NCBI GenBank assembly: GCA_944392815.1 | Contig: CALXXY010000013.1 | Coordinates: 1 to 16,015, forward strand | DNA length: 16,015 bases | Reading direction: 5' to 3' | DNA from: an uncultured Alphaproteobacteria bacterium | Lineage (GTDB): Bacteria; Pseudomonadota; Alphaproteobacteria; Rs-D84 | Shown here: positions 14,003 through 16,015 of the stretch, one piece after another | Position numbering within the stretch: position 1 is the stretch's first letter | Layout: each line of letters opens with the position of its first letter | The notes under the pieces: model-generated | The model's database searches: none | Seen by the model: only the letters and a program-made list of their open reading frames with translations | What the model was told of the DNA's origin: nothing | Program-made: the position numbers and the translations under genes

Positions 14003-15337
14003 TTATTCACCCAATTTTTTGACAGATTCAGCAGACATCAAAATATTGTATTTCGCGTTCAATAACGCCATGTCCAATTGATACAGACCGGCGGAAACCT
14101 CGGCCAGTTCAACGGCTGATGTTTGGCCAGACGCAAAACGACCACTGGAAAATTCGTATGCTTTGGCGGCCAAATCACGCGCGTTTTCCAAAGTTTTCAA
14201 ATTGCCGCGCAAATGATTATATTGGTCAATGGCGCGATTGTATTCTTCGGTCGTTAATTTTTTCGCTTTGTCCAAATCCTGGCGGGCGGATTCAGCATTC
14301 ATGGCCTCTATCGTGGCATTGGCCATGTTGGCACCACCACTGAAAATAGGCACCTGTAAAGCCAATCCCCAATACGCAGATTGCATATTATCGTCGCCAA
14401 ACATATTGGACATATTTGGCCCGTACGCGATATAGTTATATGACGCAGTCGCCGCCAATGTTGGCAATGCACCCGCACGCTTTGATTTCGCGTTGCGTTC
14501 ATACATCTGGATTTGTTCGTTTAACGCGTCCCATTGTGGCGTAGATTTTAATTCGCCCGCCGTTAAATCTGGAAACGAGTTCGGAAATTCGTCCGTTAAA
14601 TTCAATTCAGTGTCCATATCTATCCCGGCCAAAATTTTCAGCATTCTGTGCGCGGTATCACGATTAAATTCTGCATTCGACAAATTGATTTCTTTGGTCG
14701 CGATATCAGATTCTATTTTCACCAAATTACTGCGGTTGGCACGACCGGCCGCGGTTAAACTGCGACGTGCGTCGCGCGCGGCATTCAAATCGGCACGCGA
14801 AATTTCCACAATTTTATCAGTCATTTTCGCGGTCCAATACATGTCAACCGCGCTATAGCGAACCTCGCGCGCGGTCATTTCGCGCGACGCGTTGGCCATG
14901 TTTATCGCAGATTTAACACTTTTGACGGCGTTGCCTATTTTGCCAAATGTGTAAATCGGCTGGGTAATTGTCACGCCCGCCATAAACATGCTGTCTGGGA
15001 TATCAATTTTATCGGGCAAATTAACCTGTTTATCCAAATAATACGACAACGCACCACCCAATTCAGGCGGCAAAGAAACCTGATACGATTTCAGCGGATT
15101 TTTCATATCCACTAAATCCATATATGTGGCTGTACCGTCGATTTTAAACCAACGGTTGGCGTTGGCCGCGTCCAGGGACGCTTCGGCTTTTTTTACATTG
15201 GCGTCGGCCTTTTTCAAATCCTGGGATTCGTCCAGAATCATTTCCACGGCCCTGTCCAACGACAAATCCATGGCATACGCCTCGGTCCCCATAATTGCCG
15301 CGCACAATACAATCGCGACTAATTTTAATTTACGCAT
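14003..15337 (-). CDS. TolC family outer-membrane efflux protein (444 aa)
   Basis: Signal peptide ending AYA, LSLDRAV, ITQPIYTFGK, LPTL, LQVPIFSGG, RFASGQTSAVEL; two OEP repeats. Confidence 0.92.
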   Translation of the reverse strand: MRKLKLVAIVLCAAIMGTEAYAMDLSLDRAVEMILDESQDLKKADANVKKAEASLDAANANRWFKIDGTATYMDLVDMKNPLKSYQVSLPPELGGALSYYLDKQVNLPDKIDIPDSMFMAGVTITQPIYTFGKIGNAVKSVKSAINMANASREMTAREVRYSAVDMYWTAKMTDKIVEISRADLNAARDARRSLTAAGRANRSNLVKIESDIATKEINLSNAEFNRDTAHRMLKILAGIDMDTELNLTDEFPNSFPDLTAGELKSTPQWDALNEQIQMYERNAKSKRAGALPTLAATASYNYIAYGPNMSNMFGDDNMQSAYWGLALQVPIFSGGANMANATIEAMNAESARQDLDKAKKLTTEEYNRAIDQYNHLRGNLKTLENARDLAAKAYEFSSGRFASGQTSAVELAEVSAGLYQLDMALLNAKYNILMSAESVKKLGE

Positions 15338-15779
15338 TTGTAATCTCCATCTTGGTCAAAATGTTGTTTATGGTTTTCATTGCGCCGGTCAAAGCAACCT
15401 CGTCATCACGCGAAAGCCCGGCGAACATTTTATCAATCGCGCTGCGCATAGCGTCCATTGCCTGGACCGCCAATTTTTCGCCCGCGGTCGTCACCGAATA
15501 CCATGTGTTTCGTCTGTCTTTGTCGTCAATTTTACGCAAAACCAACCCGTCACGTTCCAATTTGCGGAATGCCGCACACAGGTTCGGGGCAGTCACCATT
15601 TCACGACGGGCAATGTCTTTTAATAATGCTGGACCACCAATGTGCAAGCGCACCAATATGCTTAATTGCTGGCGCGGAAATCCAGACAACACAGACGGAT
15701 TTCGTTTTAATTTGTCCGACAATTTATCAAACAACAAAATATTCGATTCAAACAGTTTGACGAATTCTTTGTGTGCCAT
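15330..15779 (-). CDS. MarR family transcriptional regulator (149 aa)
   Basis: wHTH pattern QLSILVRL...LKDIA...KLERDGLVLRKIDDKDRR...VTTAGE. AAAGGA RBS; 8-nt overlap with tolC. Confidence 0.93.
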   Translation of the reverse strand: MAHKEFVKLFESNILLFDKLSDKLKRNPSVLSGFPRQQLSILVRLHIGGPALLKDIARREMVTAPNLCAAFRKLERDGLVLRKIDDKDRRNTWYSVTTAGEKLAVQAMDAMRSAIDKMFAGLSRDDEVALTGAMKTINNILTKMEITNA

Positions 15780-15807
15780 TTTTGAATCCTTTACGATCTA
15801 ATTATTA

Positions 15808-15847
15808 AAAACTTGAATGATTATAAGTTTTAACAAACAAAATGCAA
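15808..15847 (-). promoter_or_regulatory. Promoter of the marR-tolC-adaptor-RND operon with an overlapping candidate MarR operator
   Basis: Minus strand TTGCAT (15847-15842), N16, TATAAT (15825-15820). Inverted repeat AAAACTT-N10-AAGTTTT (15808-15831) covers the -10 and start site. Confidence 0.65.
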
Positions 15848-15901
15848 GGGGAAAAATAATATTTTTTTGCATTTATTTATAAAAAAATCAGAAAAATGTT
15901 A

Positions 15902-15929
15902 TTGCAAAACCCCGAAAGATATTTATAAT
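15902..15929 (+). promoter_or_regulatory. tRNA promoter
   Basis: TTGCAA (15902-15907), N16, TATAAT (15924-15929), with A-tracts upstream. Confidence 0.7.
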
Positions 15930-15941
15930 GCAACATTGCTT

Positions 15942-16015
15942 TGGGGTGTCGTCTAATGGTAGGACAAGAGATTTTGGTTCTCTTTATCATGGTTCGAATC
16001 CGTGCGCCCCAACCA
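15942..16015 (+). tRNA. tRNA-Gln (anticodon UUG)
   Basis: Acceptor TGGGGTG/CGCCCCA, D arm GTC-TAATGGTAG-GAC, anticodon arm AGAGA-TT TTG GT-TCTCT (TTG at 15974-15976), T arm CATGG-TTCGAAT-CCGTG, encoded CCA. Confidence 0.97.

Overview
This is a compact, gene-dense bacterial chromosome segment. A GapR/DUF2312 gene and the def-fmt-truA order suggest an alphaproteobacterium, and the short proteins and tiny intergenic gaps suggest a reduced genome (inference). Gene order: pyk(-), gapR-like(+), RNHCP-domain protein(+), pyrG(-), comEC(+), truA(-), a 60-aa Cys-rich ORF(-), fmt(-), def(-), rmuC(+), a ~560-bp non-coding island of nested palindromic repeats, an 81-aa membrane/coiled-coil ORF(-), a HAD hydrolase(-), a marR-tolC-adaptor-RND operon(-) and tRNA-Gln(UUG)(+). 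Four observations stand out. (1) The pyrG leader has the geometry of the CTP-sensing start-site-switch hairpin known from enteric pyrC/pyrD. (2) The RND transporter lacks the TM4 Asp-Asp and TM10 Lys proton-relay residues and is paired with a half-size adaptor that has no alpha-hairpin. (3) A small hairpin element with conserved ends and a conserved G-T mismatch appears inserted into other palindromic repeats. (4) An 8-Cys micro-protein exactly fills the fmt-truA gap. All family assignments come from motif recognition by eye; no searches were run.
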